A stretch of 63,984 bases of DNA, filler included, from Folioceros fuciformis (taxonomy: Eukaryota), in NCBI GenBank assembly GCA_049999805.1. It is 5 parts of 3 records of this genome, joined end to end, with 100 filler letters (N's around TTAATTAATTAA, not from the genome) between each part and the next. Parts side by side here need not be neighbours in the genome. Positions count along the whole stretch, not along the records: positions 1 to 13,454 come from JBNGIO010006230.1; 4 more parts are not named here. One strand, 5' to 3'. How positions within the stretch are numbered: the stretch's first letter is position 1; each line of letters begins with the position of its first letter. The notes beneath the pieces were generated by a model. It worked only from the letters and a program-made list of their open reading frames with translations, searched no databases and was not told the DNA's origin. The position numbers and the translations under genes are program-made. Shown piece by piece: positions 1 through 13,554 of the stretch.

Positions 1-1573
1 GTGGACCTGGAGTGGGTGCATGTGCTGTCGGAGGGGTGGGCGAGCCCGCTCCGGGGCTTCATGCGCCAGGACCAGTTTCTCCAGGCGCTGCATTTCAACA
101 TGCTGCGGGCGGACGACGGCAGCCTGGTGAACATGTCGGTGCCCATCGTGCTGGCCATCGACGACGCGCAGAAGGAGGCAATCGCGGGCGGGACTGCCGT
201 CACTCTCCTGGGGCCCTTCCAGAATCGAGTTGCCATTCTCCGCAAGTAGGTCCTTGGGCAATCAGCTTGCCAAAATGTTATGCGCAAGTAAGCTCTGCTC
301 TGCGTTGCGCGATGCTCGAGCAGCCACCTGGCTATGCTGGCTGGTTGTGTTTGGATGGGCTGTCCTAAGATAGTAGGGTTTTGTTCGTGCCTTGTCTGTG
401 GTTGCAGCATCGAGATTTACAAGCACAACAAAGAGGAGCGGATTGCCCGCACCTGGGGGTGCACTGCTCCCGGGTTGCCGTACGTGGAGGAGGCTATCAC
501 CAATGCTGGGAACTGGCTTGTCGGAGGGGATCTGGAGGTGCTGGAGCGGGTTAGGTATAACGACGGGCTGGACCACTTCAGGCTTTCTCCTGCGGAGTTG
601 CGTGCCGAGTTTGAGAGGCGGAAGGCGGATGCGGTGTTTGCCTTCCAGCTCAGGAACCCGGTGCATAATGGCCATGCCCTGCTCATGACCGATACCCGGA
701 AGAGGCTGCTGGACATGGGGTTCAAGAATCCTATTCTGCTGCTGCATCCTTTGGGTGGCTACACCAAAGAAGACGACGTGCCCTTAGACTGGCGCATGAA
801 GCAACATGACCAGGTTCTGCCTTCTCACCTGACTCTGTTGTTGTCTTGTGAGTCTGAGCATGGCGGTGCCTGGGCTTACAGGTTGTTCTTTCAGGTCCTG
901 GCAGAGGGGATTCTAGACCCCGAGACCACTGTTGTCGCAATATTCCCCTCCCCCATGCACTACGCAGGACCGACTGAAGTCCAATGGCATGCCAAAGCCC
1001 GCATCAACGCCGGAGCCGATTTTTACATCGTGGGTCGAGACCCAGCTGGAATGGGCCATCCTACTGAGAATAGGGATCTCTATGATCCCGACCATGGCAA
1101 GATGGTTCTCAGCATGGCCCCTGGTCTGGAAAGGCTCAACATTCTTCCGTTCAGGGTATGTTGACCGAACCGTTGTCCTTTGACTGAAGGTCCTGCTTCC
1201 CTCCTTGTCCCCTAAAGTCTCGTCCATGCGCTCTTCCTTGCAGGTGGCTGCTTACGACAAGACCAAAAGCCAAATGGCATTTTTTGACCCCTCCAGAGCT
1301 CAAGACTTTGTTTTCATATCCGGAACCAAGGTAAAAGAGTCTATCCACTTCTCGCTCCGTCGACTTGTAGCTGGCAGTGGAGCTTGTGGTGAGTGTCGGA
1401 TCGGAGTCTCTAACTCCTTGTGTCGTCATCATCAGATGCGAAATTTTGCTCGCTCTGGCGAGAGCCTCCCCGATGGATTCATGTGCCCGGGGGGTTGGAA
1501 GGTGTTAGTGGAGTATTACCAAAGCTTAGCAGCCAAGGAAGCTTCGTCTGCCCAGCAAAGCGTGCCTGTCTAG
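1..1573 (+). CDS. APS: ATP sulfurylase (sulfate adenylyltransferase), 5'-partial, 5 exons visible
   Basis: Motifs [75 protein letters not shown] exons <1-245, 408-813, 895-1155, 1244-1330, 1436-1573 (TAG) join in frame. Confidence 0.97.
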
Positions 1574-2350
1574 TCTAGGATTATTCATTCAACTGTACTA
1601 TGTCCTACTGTAGTGCAGTCTTTGTTTCACCTCTTACTTGCCTGAGCATGACGCAATTACTGGCTTCTGGTCAGTCGCCAACGCTTGGCGAAATCAGGGG
1701 TCAAGAATCACAAAGGACAGCCCTGGGCCTTATTGCGCGCTTGCAGCATCCAGAGAGGTGCCCAGCAGGTGGACTCGACTTTACGTGGACCTGGCTGGTT
1801 GCAGTCCCTAGATCTTTCCCGGGGCACAAGGCGGCTGTCCGCCATCGGGCCGTACGTCAGACCCTCGTCATGAAATGGTGTAGTGTGGGCCTAACGATCG
1901 CTTAGCTCCCCTTAAATTTTGTTGACTGGCCGGCCCCCCTTCATAAGTCGACGGTAGTCTCGTTCTGGGCAACAACCAGTGGCGAAGGAACTCTTGGCGG
2001 ACTTGAGGTTCATCATCCTGGAAAATGTTCCATCACTGTCCAACCTGGTCCACGCCGGTCGCGTCCGGGCACTGGGAAAGCACTTTAATTCGGTCAGGTC
2101 GGCGGCCCATCGTGAAGTGTTGCGTGCAGAGTTGTGAGCAAAATAGAAGGCTCCGGCTGGGGTGAGTGAGTGTTCCAATTCTCGTTGGCATCTGGTTTCT
2201 GCTGGCCCTGGGGAACAAGCCATCGCAACTCCTCCTTGTTGATGCTAGCCACCGACAGGGTTGAAGCAAAAGAGTGAACGTTTTTCCAGCGCTGGACCAA
2301 TCCTGGTGTTGTGATCTCTCACGCTGGTGCTCTGGATTGCGAGCGGAGGA

Positions 2351-3445
2351 ATGGGCAGTGCCTGCACTAAAGGCGGGCAGCAGAGCTTAGAGGATTCAGA
2401 CGAGGCCGCAGTTCGGCTAATAGAGCATCGGATAGCTCAGGAGAGCAGAGTGGAAAAGCGAGTGCGCAAGCTCCTGCTGCTGGGTGCTGGGGATTCAGGA
2501 AAATCTACCATCTTCAAACAGATCAAGGTTTTGTTCCAGTCCGGCTTTGACGATGTGGAGCGCCAGAATTACACCTCCGTGGTATTTGCTAATGTGTATC
2601 AGTCCATCAGCATTCTCCTAGATGGATGCCGGGAGTTTGCACTTGAAGGTGAGGGCAGCAGCCAGTATGTTTTGCAACCGGACAACGAGGCTTTGAGTGA
2701 CCGGCTGTCCAGTGTTCTGGCATCCGATACAGCGCCGTTGCTGACTGCAGAGATTGCTGCTGACATTGAGAAGCTGTGGAGAGACCCGGCTGTTCAGGCA
2801 GCCTTTGCAAGGGCCAGTGAACTTCAGCTCCCTGATTGCGCTTCCTACTTTCTGGCAAACATTCAACGTTTGGCGGAGCCAGGATACATCCCAACAGCAG
2901 ATGATGTTCTTCACGCTCGTGTCCGGACAACGGGGATTGTGGAAACAGNNNNNNNNNNNNNNNNNNNNNNNNNNNNNNNNNNNNNNNNNNNNNNNNNNNN
3001 NNNNNNNNNNNNNNNNNNNNNNNNNNNNNNNNNNNNNNNNNNNNNNNNCAACAGGATGATGGAGACGAAGGAATTATTCGAGTGGGTGGTGAAGCAACCG
3101 TGGTTTGAGAAGACATCCTTCCTGGTGTTTCTAAACAAGCTGGACATATTTGAGAAGAAGGTGCTCAAAGTACCTCTGTCCACGTGTGACTGGTTCCAAG
3201 ATTACCAACCACTGGCAATGGGTAACACTGAAGTGGAGCAGCAAGCAGAGGTGGATCATGCTTTTGAGTACGTGAAGAGTAAGTTCAGAGATCTGTACGA
3301 CCAGAACACAGATCACAAGAATATGAATAGGGTGTTCGAAATATATGGGACTACAGCCTTGGACCGCTTGGTAGTGAAGAGGACTTTTACGCTGGTGGAT
3401 AAGACTCTAACCCGACAAACTTTGATCTCGTCACACCTTCTTTGA
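2351..3445 (+). CDS. GPA1: Heterotrimeric G-protein alpha subunit (canonical plant GPA1-like); internal assembly gap at 2949-3048
   Basis: MGSAC N-terminus (Gly2/Cys5 lipidation motif), [20 protein letters not shown]-loop, ARVRTTGI switch [27 protein letters not shown]. The DVGGQ/switch II segment falls in the N gap. No introns in the sequenced parts. Confidence 0.95.
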   Translation: MGSACTKGGQQSLEDSDEAAVRLIEHRIAQESRVEKRVRKLLLLGAGDSGKSTIFKQIKVLFQSGFDDVERQNYTSVVFANVYQSISILLDGCREFALEGEGSSQYVLQPDNEALSDRLSSVLASDTAPLLTAEIAADIEKLWRDPAVQAAFARASELQLPDCASYFLANIQRLAEPGYIPTADDVLHARVRTTGIVETXXXXXXXXXXXXXXXXXXXXXXXXXXXXXXXXXXNRMMETKELFEWVVKQPWFEKTSFLVFLNKLDIFEKKVLKVPLSTCDWFQDYQPLAMGNTEVEQQAEVDHAFEYVKSKFRDLYDQNTDHKNMNRVFEIYGTTALDRLVVKRTFTLVDKTLTRQTLISSHLL

Positions 3446-5823
3446 CACATTGCTGAGGAGGGCTAGATTGTACTATTGTAGATTTGCGATAAGAAGCCTC
3501 TCTGTCTCGGGCTGTAGAGCGCGAGTTGATTGGCAACCAAACTCCGTGGTGACCCTGGCCTGCATCCAGGTAGTACATCTTTAGTGTGCACCTTGTATTG
3601 TAGCAAACCTTCTGTATTGGAGCACCAGCAGTCTGACATGAAAGATGGAACTGCAAGGACGGACCACATCAGTCTACCGTGTTCCTCTCTGAGGATCGAA
3701 TATGGGGCCGTCTGCTCTTGGATGATGACGAGGATGTTATTAGTAAAAACGACACACACCATTCCTTTCGAGTGTAACGGAAACTTCGTGAAGGCATCTT
3801 CAGCAGCCCTCGTGCACTGCCCGGATTGGCTTCTTCCTAAAACTCCCTTCGAATGCAAGAACGTATGTATGTATGAGTGTAAGTTCTGGATTGGACGTGC
3901 AACCACACGGTTGCTAAAATGTTCATCCGAGCGTCCCTTCTCTTGACGCGCAGCAACACAAACGTACCACGCAGTCCAGAGGCCGGCCCCTCCAGGTTGG
4001 CTGACCACACATCAGAAAAGAAGTAAGAAAGGGAGGAGAGTCCTACTCTTGTCTCGATAACATACAACTTTAGAGCTGGGCTGGAAATCGACTTTAAGTT
4101 CAAGGAAAATATATTAAGATAGTTTTGATAATAGTTGAAAAATATCTCAAGATATTTTTATATTTTTATTTCAAATATAGTACTTCANNNNNNNNNNNNN
4201 NNNNNNNNNNNNNNNNNNNNNNNNNNNNNNNNNNNNNNNNNNNNNNNNNNNNNNNNNNNNNNNNNNNNNNNNNNNNNNNNNNNNNNNAAACTCAAATATA
4301 TTATCTAAATACATAAAAATTAATTTGTACAGCATACACATGAGCTACAGAAGGTTTCAAGGTTAGGATATATGGAAAAAAACATCAACCACATTTTGAG
4401 GCATTACCTCTCATACAAATCCTAGCTTGGAGCATTTTCGTGGAGACAACATATATGTCATGATGTGTTGTTGTCATTGATGAGACCATAACAAGTGATG
4501 CATGTGAGTTTCACCATGGGTGGCATTGCCCCAGCTCAATTTGAAGATGGTAGCTAGGGTGTCTGCATCAATCTGCTTAAGTCTACGAGCTAGCTTTAAA
4601 CACTAACTCATAGCTCAATTGCTACTGCATTGTTTTGTAATCCTTGATGCAACCTCATGCTATTTTAATCTGAATTGTTTTTCTTCCTTGAAAAAAAAAA
4701 AAAACCTCCTTTCATATGTGAAAACGTTTCTTCATATAAAGCACATTGTCCTTGGACATATTCCATGTATTTTGTTTAGGAGGCAAAGCAATGTATTGGT
4801 ATGCATTATGCAATCCTCCCCTCTATGTGAAAGACTTGCAAGGCAAACAAGAAGGCAATATGGTTAATATGTCACATGGCTTCTAAATGTCACCACTAAA
4901 TAGTATTAAATTACTAATAGAGTGGAAGCCAAGTTAAGTTTTATAATTGATGTGTGGCTTTAAATGTCCTCTTATGCAGTTTGCATGTGAACATATGATG
5001 TGAACAATGTCCCTTGTAAAAAGGGTTACTCCATGGTTTTAGGGTTTCATGAAAAATCTATTTTTTTCTTGATTAATATTTCTTTTTTTTTGACAAATTT
5101 GTAGATGTTCACTAATGATTACTTTGGGTTTATACGAAAGTAGTCACATGCCATACCAAAAGTTTAAAGCTGTCATAATTTTAAATCCTAAGCATATCAA
5201 CATGAAGCATGCCAAACGAGGAGTAAACTTGTCAAAAAGCTTGTTTTCAACATGCTTACGTTACCTTGAAAAGCTGTAAATTTATTCTTTTGTAGTCCGC
5301 TCAAATGAGTAGAGTGCATCAATGCACACAATATATAGATTGTGGTGACTCATCTCTTCTTGTGCATCATCTCTCTTTTATCTCTTCCTTTGCCTTTTTG
5401 AGTTAGATTATGGAGATATTCAAAATGTTGCCCCAAGCTACGACATAGCACTAGCCTAAGCTACAACATGATGCAAAGCACACAAACCACCATTACTGCT
5501 CAATATTTTCTTGAGCAGCCTTTGCTGTGGTTGAGGGAAGTAGTCACCTTAAACGCCTCTAGAAATGGCTAATCAAAGGGCTAAGGATTTGAATCCTAGG
5601 GCTTTGTTATCCTTTTACTCTTCCCACGTTTAGGAGCTTTTAAATCAATGTACTGTTATGCAGAAATTCAAGTTGGAAGCTAAGTGACATTGGAAGCTAA
5701 GTGACATTTGCAAGTCCATGCCAAGAACCAATTATTGCACAAAAGTTTGCGCTAAGAGCGAACTAGTGCGCACAAGTTCTTGCATGCTTGTGCTTACAAG
5801 AATGCTCCATAACCCAGTTGTTG

Positions 5824-5958
5824 CATACTTCTACATGCTATGACCCGGTTGGCGCGCACTTATGCATGCCATACTTCTACATGCCATGACCCGGTTGGCG
5901 CGCACTTATGCACGCCATGACCACGCCAGTGCGCACTTGTGCGCACTGGCGTGGTCAT
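5824..5958. repeat. Two 46-bp tandem repeats followed by a perfect 20-bp-arm palindrome
   Basis: CATACTTCTACATGC(T/C)ATGACCCGGTTGGCGCGCACTTATGCA(T/C)GC occurs twice (5824-5915), then ATGACCACGCCAGTGCGCAC-TT-GTGCGCACTGGCGTGGTCAT (5917-5958). Confidence 0.9.
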
Positions 5959-6913
5959 AACGATGGACTAGCTAACACATAGTTTAAGCGCATAAGGTCA
6001 AAAAACCCTAAAAAATAACAAAAATGCCCAAAAAAATCTTGTTTTCTAGAAAATAGTGCACATCAGTGCACACCATGGCCTCAAAGTTTTATAGGTATTT
6101 TACTCTATTTTTATTTTGTTTAAAAAGTTCATTTTGGTCATTTTTAACCCTTTTTGCCTAGTTTACTAGTGAGAATATGAATTCATCTTGACTAGTCTTC
6201 ATCTTTCTTTTAATAATCTAAACCTCGAGTAATAATGAGAACTTTATGTGTATTTTGCATCCTTGATGGTTAAACGTCTTAGGCATAATTATACGTATGC
6301 ATGATATTCATGTCCCTCTAGCATGCCATACAAATCTTAAGCATCAAGTGGTTATCAAAGAGCAAGAGTGGCCTTAGGACAATAAGTAATAGACTTCCTT
6401 ACGCACACGAGGATATTAGGCATGTTCTACAAAAATTCAATACATTTTGTATTTTTATCAAACTTGAGAACAACTTGAGTGCTTAAAACCCTTTGAATTA
6501 AATAACCTTAAAATAAAATATATTTATATATGTGTAAGAAAGATTTAAACTCTTCAAAATCATCATTTTCTAGGTGGATTCTTTGGAGTAGAAAAAAAAA
6601 CTCAAAATTCAAATTCAAAAACTCAAAACTCAAATTTAATAAGAAGCCCTTTTTACAAGGGGTGTTGTTTGAGAAACAAGTTTTTGGAAGCTAACCTTTT
6701 AAAGATAAAGAGTCGACTTTGTGGTTGTTAAGGGTGAACATATTGTGGACAAACTTGAAACCTTGATGGAAGGTAATTTAACTCTAACGAGGTATTTAGA
6801 GGGTTGTGTAAGAATTTCAAGGATTCTACAAAGCCTTATCATAGTTACATGAACATGTTTCTACTCCTTCTTCGGTGGTTGCTTTCTTTGAACAATGTAT
6901 TTCCATTTGATGA

Positions 6914-7002
6914 TCGCCTTCTTTTGATAGCGTGTCTCCATTGTCGCCTTATTTTGATAGCATGTCTCCATTGTCGCCTTCTTTTGATAGCATGTCTCCA
7001 TT
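6914..7002. repeat. 30-bp minisatellite, about 3 copies
   Basis: TCGCCTT(C/A)TTTTGATAGC(G/A)TGTCTCCATTG repeated three times; explains the 'LLLIACLHCR' repeat in ORF 6804-7094. Confidence 0.9.
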
Positions 7003-10000
7003 CCTTCTCAAAGAGTCCTAAAAAACGTAGTATAAAAATTGAGAAACGATATTCTAAGGTAGTAGGTGATCACGGGAGTGGTATTTATGGTTAGCCGACC
7101 TTTTAAGTTTTGGCAATGTGGGTTTTTGATTTTTTCCTATATACGGTTTTTCATCACTTCTTTCAATCAATCAAATATTTGCATATATACCATCACTTCT
7201 TTTAATTAAATATTCGTATATATAGTGAAGGAGAAAGATTGATGGCTTTATAAATGTATGATCAGAAAAATTAGAAAGATTCATACTAGCTTGTTGCCAT
7301 ACTGTAATTTTCATGATCCGGCTTCTTGTACCCAAAAGATTATCTAATTCAAAATCTATAAGAACTCACGTATATATCCAATTTTATGTGCTCTGCGGAC
7401 CTAATGAATCTTACTTTTATGGAAAAAATGTCAAACTACATTTTCTTGAAGGAAAAACACCCTTCAAAAACCACTCAAAAATTAGTTCTTTTCAAATTTG
7501 GCCACTCGTTTTTATATTGTCGGGGGCCATGTTGCTAAGAAAAGAGGCTTTCCCGACAGCTGCTGGGAGGAAATTGGGCAAGGTTGTGCACAAGGTAGAG
7601 TCCATTATGTCCCTGATCCTGACGGAGAGGGGAAGTGCAAGAAGGGAGGGGCAAAACGGCAGGCGACTATCACAGAACCACATATTGCCCATATGTCGCA
7701 GAAGGCAGGAATTACATGGTCACTCAAACTAGAATGCATCGACAAAGTCGACAGAGATAGGAGACTCAATGTTACCTCAAGCCGATGTCTCCGATGGTGA
7801 CTACGTTCGGCAGGATCATACATACAGAAATGCACCTGCCTGCAATGGACCCTGCAAAGAGACAGATGCACATGCCTAACCAGCGCGCTCTCAATGGCTG
7901 GGGGAAGCGAAGAGTCCCTGATCTCATGTAGCGGCTCGCGTTATTTAAACCAGGAACCACTGGACCAGATCCCTGGGCCACTAACATTAGGTACTGATCC
8001 ACTTCGGACATAGGCGAAAACCTTCAGCCACACCCCCAAACACCGACTTCCCTGATTCACATCGCCAAACCTTCGATAAGCCATCAGCAAAGCTCTAGAT
8101 CACAAGCATCATCTACATGTGCAACAGTTCCCAGGGCTGAATACCTCGTTTAGGTAGCCCCGCGTTGCCAGTTGACCTAGGCATGTTTCACATACCCGCT
8201 GAGCCGGGTACTACATGCGACCATATCTCTCATTAGCAACCTCAGACACGTCGGTGGCTCCACTTCGGCCTTCCACTTTCCGGACAAAGACGCTGGCAGT
8301 TTCCAAGTGTCGAGTAAGCTTCGAGGTCCCTTTCACTAGGCTGGAATGTAGCTGCATCCCCTTCAGCTGTGCCTCCCACACTGACTCCCAAACTAGCACA
8401 TGCCTGAAAATGGCACACGAAGGCATCTTATCAGAACAAACTGCGCGCTCGACGGGAGCATTGTTGAAGCTTTTGCACTTACCGCACATCCGGCTGCTCG
8501 TCAGGCCCCAGCCCAGGCTTCCGCTCGGCTTCCTGTCATTCCACCACTTTCCCCTTGTTAGATGCACAGCATCTGTCGCCAGAAGGGGAGGCGCCGCCCG
8601 CTGTGTGGCACATCGCGCGGCCATGATTCGAAGAAGCCCAACTCGACGACGCAGTCAGCTGCGGCGCGCACTTGGGACTTCGGAGTTCAAGCTGCTCACG
8701 CAACTCCAACGCATTAACAGACTTGTCTCCTTCACTCCGGATCCTGCCACTCTACATCCTGTCGGATACGCAACGACTGTAGGGTGGAAGACGGCCTGGA
8801 TGAAGCGTGCGAGCTGCGTTGGAGTGGAGCAGCGAGCATGTTCGGTGGTCCCAAACTGGCTCGCGTGCTTCGCTCTAACGGAGCTTCGAAGACCTCACGA
8901 CGGTCCTTTTCCACCCCGAATCCCGCCACTTTAAGTTATGTCCGCCATTGAACTACTTCGTAGTAGGTTAGATGAGAGCTTGGATGAAGAGAGCGAGCTG
9001 CGTTCACGCTAACGATGCCAGCAGGATTGGTGGACGAGACACCCACCCCCATGCGTCGCTCTCACGCTGCAACTTTCCCCGCGCGCAGCGCATCAGAGCA
9101 GAGATCCGAATTGAGACGATCACTAAAACAACTGGCACAGGTCTGAGCGGCACCTTTTACCCTAAAAAAAAGGTCAGATGCACGCACAACCCTGAAGGCC
9201 GCGCTGAAGATCCTGTTGATTCGTTCCCACAGAATTCTCTCATCCATTCAGAGGACGACAGCACGGGTGGGCTCCCCATGCCCGGCTGGACCGACACCGA
9301 AGAACCAAGGGTTCAATGTCGGACTTTCGGAGGCAGAGGCCTTGGAGGGAGAGTGATTTTCCTAACTTAGGATCCCTCATATCGTGCTTACTGTTTCACC
9401 ATTGGCTGGGTCTTGCGGAGAGTTGTTGCCACACAATAGTTTCGGGCACTCCTTGGGTGAGATCCCATTTGTCTCCAATAGAGACGGATTGCTTGCCATG
9501 ATGGCTTGATGCCTTAGTCTGGATTACACCACCTCCTTGACGTCAAGTGATGCCTTCCGAATTCTGGCGGATTTTGCAACAAATGTTTGTTCCCAGTTGG
9601 TACTCATGTGGCGCTCAACTTAGTGGCTCTCAACTCAGTCTTGGTCCGGAAATTCTGCGATCCTGTCCAGCATTTCGGCTGTTGTGTGATACGGCGAGAG
9701 GGCAGCCAAGGATTCACGTTAGGATGCCCCAAACTTACTTCATTTGAAACAGATAGCCAGACCTGCTCATGTGCGAGGGTTTCCTTCATATACTCACCGA
9801 CATGTGGGAATGAGCACCGACATGTGGGAATGAGAGGAGGAGACCAGTCCTGGCATAGCCAGGTACCAGAGCGGGTGGACAAGAATGTGTAGAAAGTGCC
9901 ATAGTGATCAAACCATTGGAAAGCTGAATGACGTTTCCCTGAGCCCGTGCTTCATCTGCAGGCTGCTTGCACGAGACCAGGACGTCATCTTGGATCTGCT

Positions 10001-13000
10001 CCATGTCTGTTGTTTCCACAAGGGAGTGACATATGCTGTGGTTTGTCCTTGTATTTGCTATGCTGAGGATTTCCGCATTGTACCAACATCAGGCCCGGAT
10101 GATCGATTTTGGGGGTTTCAAAATGTTCTGAGCATTCTGCTCAAGATCAGGCCTCACAGCCTGGTCGTGTCTTCCCTGCGCCTGCATACAAGCACGAACG
10201 CTCAGGGTCTTGTCATCTGTGCGAGGGCTAGCCTGTATTCGGAGCCCGTATGCAGTGGAGGACGGTGGCATAAGTCTATGGCTGCATGTCTGCAGTAACA
10301 TCTCTCCTCCATTAATCTGTTTTGGGTGAGCCCAAGGAGGAGCTGACCTCCGAGACCAGACCCTAACAACGCTCAGTCCTGTGATTCACAGGATCTCGGC
10401 GTGCAAACACAGGCTGGAAACCAAGTCATAGCGTGGTATGACATGGCTAGGTGGACAGTGGCCGCTGCTCTTCAAAAGGCCCACGAAGCCTTCCTGTCAT
10501 GACATCAGGCATCCAGTTGAATGATGTGGTTAAACGTTGGTCCCTTGAAAGGGGCTGATAGATGTGGTCCGTAGCAATAATATCAAACGAACTTGAAAGC
10601 CGGCTGAGGTAGGCTGCCGACCTTCAAGAGGATTGTACACAGCTGGCGGTCCAGAAATCATGTAGGAAAGAAAAGATTTGTCACTGTCCATCTGACTTTC
10701 TGATGAGCACGATATGACATCATTTACGGGACAGTTTAACCCTGTTGCTGGCAGCACTCAGATCCGGAATATGTTAGTCTATGTCACTAGAATTCCTGCT
10801 TGATCAATGTACGAAAAAAAAAAAGGATGAGGAATCCTGGATCATTCGCTCGACAGATGGGCTGCAGCCTACTCCAGACGTGTAGACTGCACAATAATTG
10901 ATTTACCTCCATGGCATCCGTGGCCTTCTAGAAGGCATCTTGAAGGAGTAGTATACGACGCTGGACCGGAAGTGTAGGCTGGCCTGTGAAGGAGATATCC
11001 TCCTCGAAAACATCAAATGGGCTCCGGGAAGAATGTCGTCGATTGTTACTCAGGTTGTTGAACGTGGTGCTGGAATGAAAGGGGAAAGCGCTTTCATTCT
11101 AGCAAGAGTGAACAAGAAAGTGCAAGCCGCTGGGGATGACGAGACAATTGACTTGGTCACCAGATTCCAACAAAGGCGTAAGCCAGGAAAACCGCCGGCA
11201 TATATGAGGTGTTCACCACACCACGATAAACGGCGGCAAACAATTTTACTTCATAAGTTGTGGCTGGACCGCGATGCACAAGAGCATGATATGATCATCA
11301 TGGCGTGTGTTGGATGGAGCGAATCACGGCCGCTTGTACATGAAAGCTTGGAATATGGAGAAGGCTCATTCACACTGGCCTGTTGCGGAGTTCGAGAGCA
11401 TCCACTACAGTGTTGGCCTACGACGGGGAGCATGAATGAATCTTGGCCAACTCCAGCATCCGGCAAATGTGTAGCGTATACCGGTTCCAAACTGCGGTTT
11501 GAGCCATTCCAGCATCATGTGGCCTACGAAAGGGAGGATAAATGAATCTTGCCCCACTGGAACACCCGACCCCCGCCAGATGTCGTCCACCCTCGTTGCG
11601 GTGAAGCCAGCGCTGCTGCTGAATGGAGCTACCTACATGTTGGGGCTGATTAGTATTCCCCCAGCAAGTACATACGACGCACTCCACTCATTGCAATATA
11701 GCTGATGAAGAATTCCTTGTGGGTCATGGTAGCTTGACAGCGAGTACTAAAAGCATTCTGGACGTAGATATCCAGGACAGCAGCAGCGCTACAGCGCAGC
11801 GTATGGCATTGGAGTGGTGTTGGGACTGTGACTTTATGAGTGGAACACATGGTCAGAGTAAAGAATTCCTGGTGGGAGTCGTGAGAACGGCAGGATAGGC
11901 GAGCGAGGTGGACAGGAGCTTGGGGAAGTGGATGCACAATGGGCATCAGCAGGGGAGATTGGGACAGATCACCTCACAAGGCAGACTTTTCCCCGTGGAG
12001 TGTCACAGGTTCACGTTGTCGTCAGGTGTGTTCACAGATGCACATGATTCTGAATGCAGCAACCCAGAATGCGACGGGTGCAGAGCGGTACAGTATGCAG
12101 ACATTTTGTATCATGAACTGAGGTTTGGGTGGAGAGAGCAGCAAGAGAGAGTGTACTTATGCAGAGCACACAGTGTAAGGCAGTGGGTTTGTGAGTGTCG
12201 CAGAGTGGCCCAGCTGGCCAGTCCTCGGGCGGGTTCAGAACACATCCTATCATATTGGTAGCTTACACGAGCGAGAATATGTAGTACGTGCTTGCACCGT
12301 CTGNNNNNNNNNNNNNNNNNNNNNNNNNNNNNNNNNNNNNNNNNNNNNNNNNNNNNNNNNNNNNNNNNNNNNNNNNNNNNNNNNNNNNNNNNNNNNNNNN
12401 NNNGGGACGTACACAGATACTGTGGAAGTGTGGAACTGTTGGGAGCGGGTGGCCGTTGTGGCCGAGCTCATGAACCGAGGCAGCGAGGGGGTGTGGTTCG
12501 CAGATTCCTTGCTGGTACGTGACAAGCAGTGGGGAGTGGCGGTTCCAGAGGCGGAGGCAGGGGCAGGGGAAGGTGCAGGGGCAGGAGCAGAGGGTGAGGT
12601 TCGCAGGTCGGGCTCCAGGCCCTGTGACGAGCCCCGTTTCTCAGCATCCGATCCTTCCAGCTCGTACCAAACTGCCTGCCACACGTCACATGGCCAGCGG
12701 AGCTTCTACCTCATCTGGAAGATCCAGCCTACACAGCGGAGTTCGGAGGCTGTCCCATCCCCTCCCTGGACTTACCTGTTACTGTGCCTCTGCGTCTGGC
12801 TGTGCCGGCTCTTCGAGGGAGAGCGCGACTGCCGATCGGGCGGTCTGCCCGGGTTCGGTTGGTGAAGCGAGGGAGGTTGGGCAGGCCTGGCAGTGCCAAT
12901 CACTCCCAACACCGTGTGCTCATTGTATCATCATCACAATCCTTCCTGCTGCACCTCAGCTGACTTGAGGTGCAGAAGCTGTCCCCCAGGGCCCCTTTCC

Positions 13001-13454
13001 CCGAGGAGCCGCTGCTTGAAGCTTCCTGGAAGCTGGAACCTTCCCCTTCTTTGCTCTACCCCTCACAGAAAATCCGTGACTGGTAGCCGAGGAGGTAGTA
13101 GGCCAAGCGAGGCTGCCTGTCCGCCCGAGATGCAGCAACGTGAGGGGATGATCTTTTTCCCTTTCGCTGGCGATCCAATCACTGGGCCAGGGCCCAGCTC
13201 CTCGGCCATACCTCATTACCGACCTCCCCTCCGTCTTGTACCGCTGCAGGGGAGTTGGTGGCTGCCGCCCAACACCTCGTACGCCCACCTCCCATGACCA
13301 TCCCCATCCCCGTGCCCCTTTCTACCAACCACACCCGAGGAGATAAAAGCAACCGACCTGGGATTCTGAAGATGAATCCCCTCACTGCCAGGCTCTGGTT
13401 TGGGCTGGGGCTCGGTCTCTGGCTCTGGCTCTGGCTCTGGCTCTTGCCCTGACC

Positions 13455-13554
13455 NNNNNNNNNNNNNNNNNNNNNNNNNNNNNNNNNNNNNNNNNNNNTT
13501 AATTAATTAANNNNNNNNNNNNNNNNNNNNNNNNNNNNNNNNNNNNNNNNNNNN
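13455..13554. other. Artificial contig linker N44-TTAATTAATTAA-N44
   Basis: Six-frame stop 12-mer at 13499-13510 flanked by Ns; the same structure recurs three more times in the window. Confidence 0.95.
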
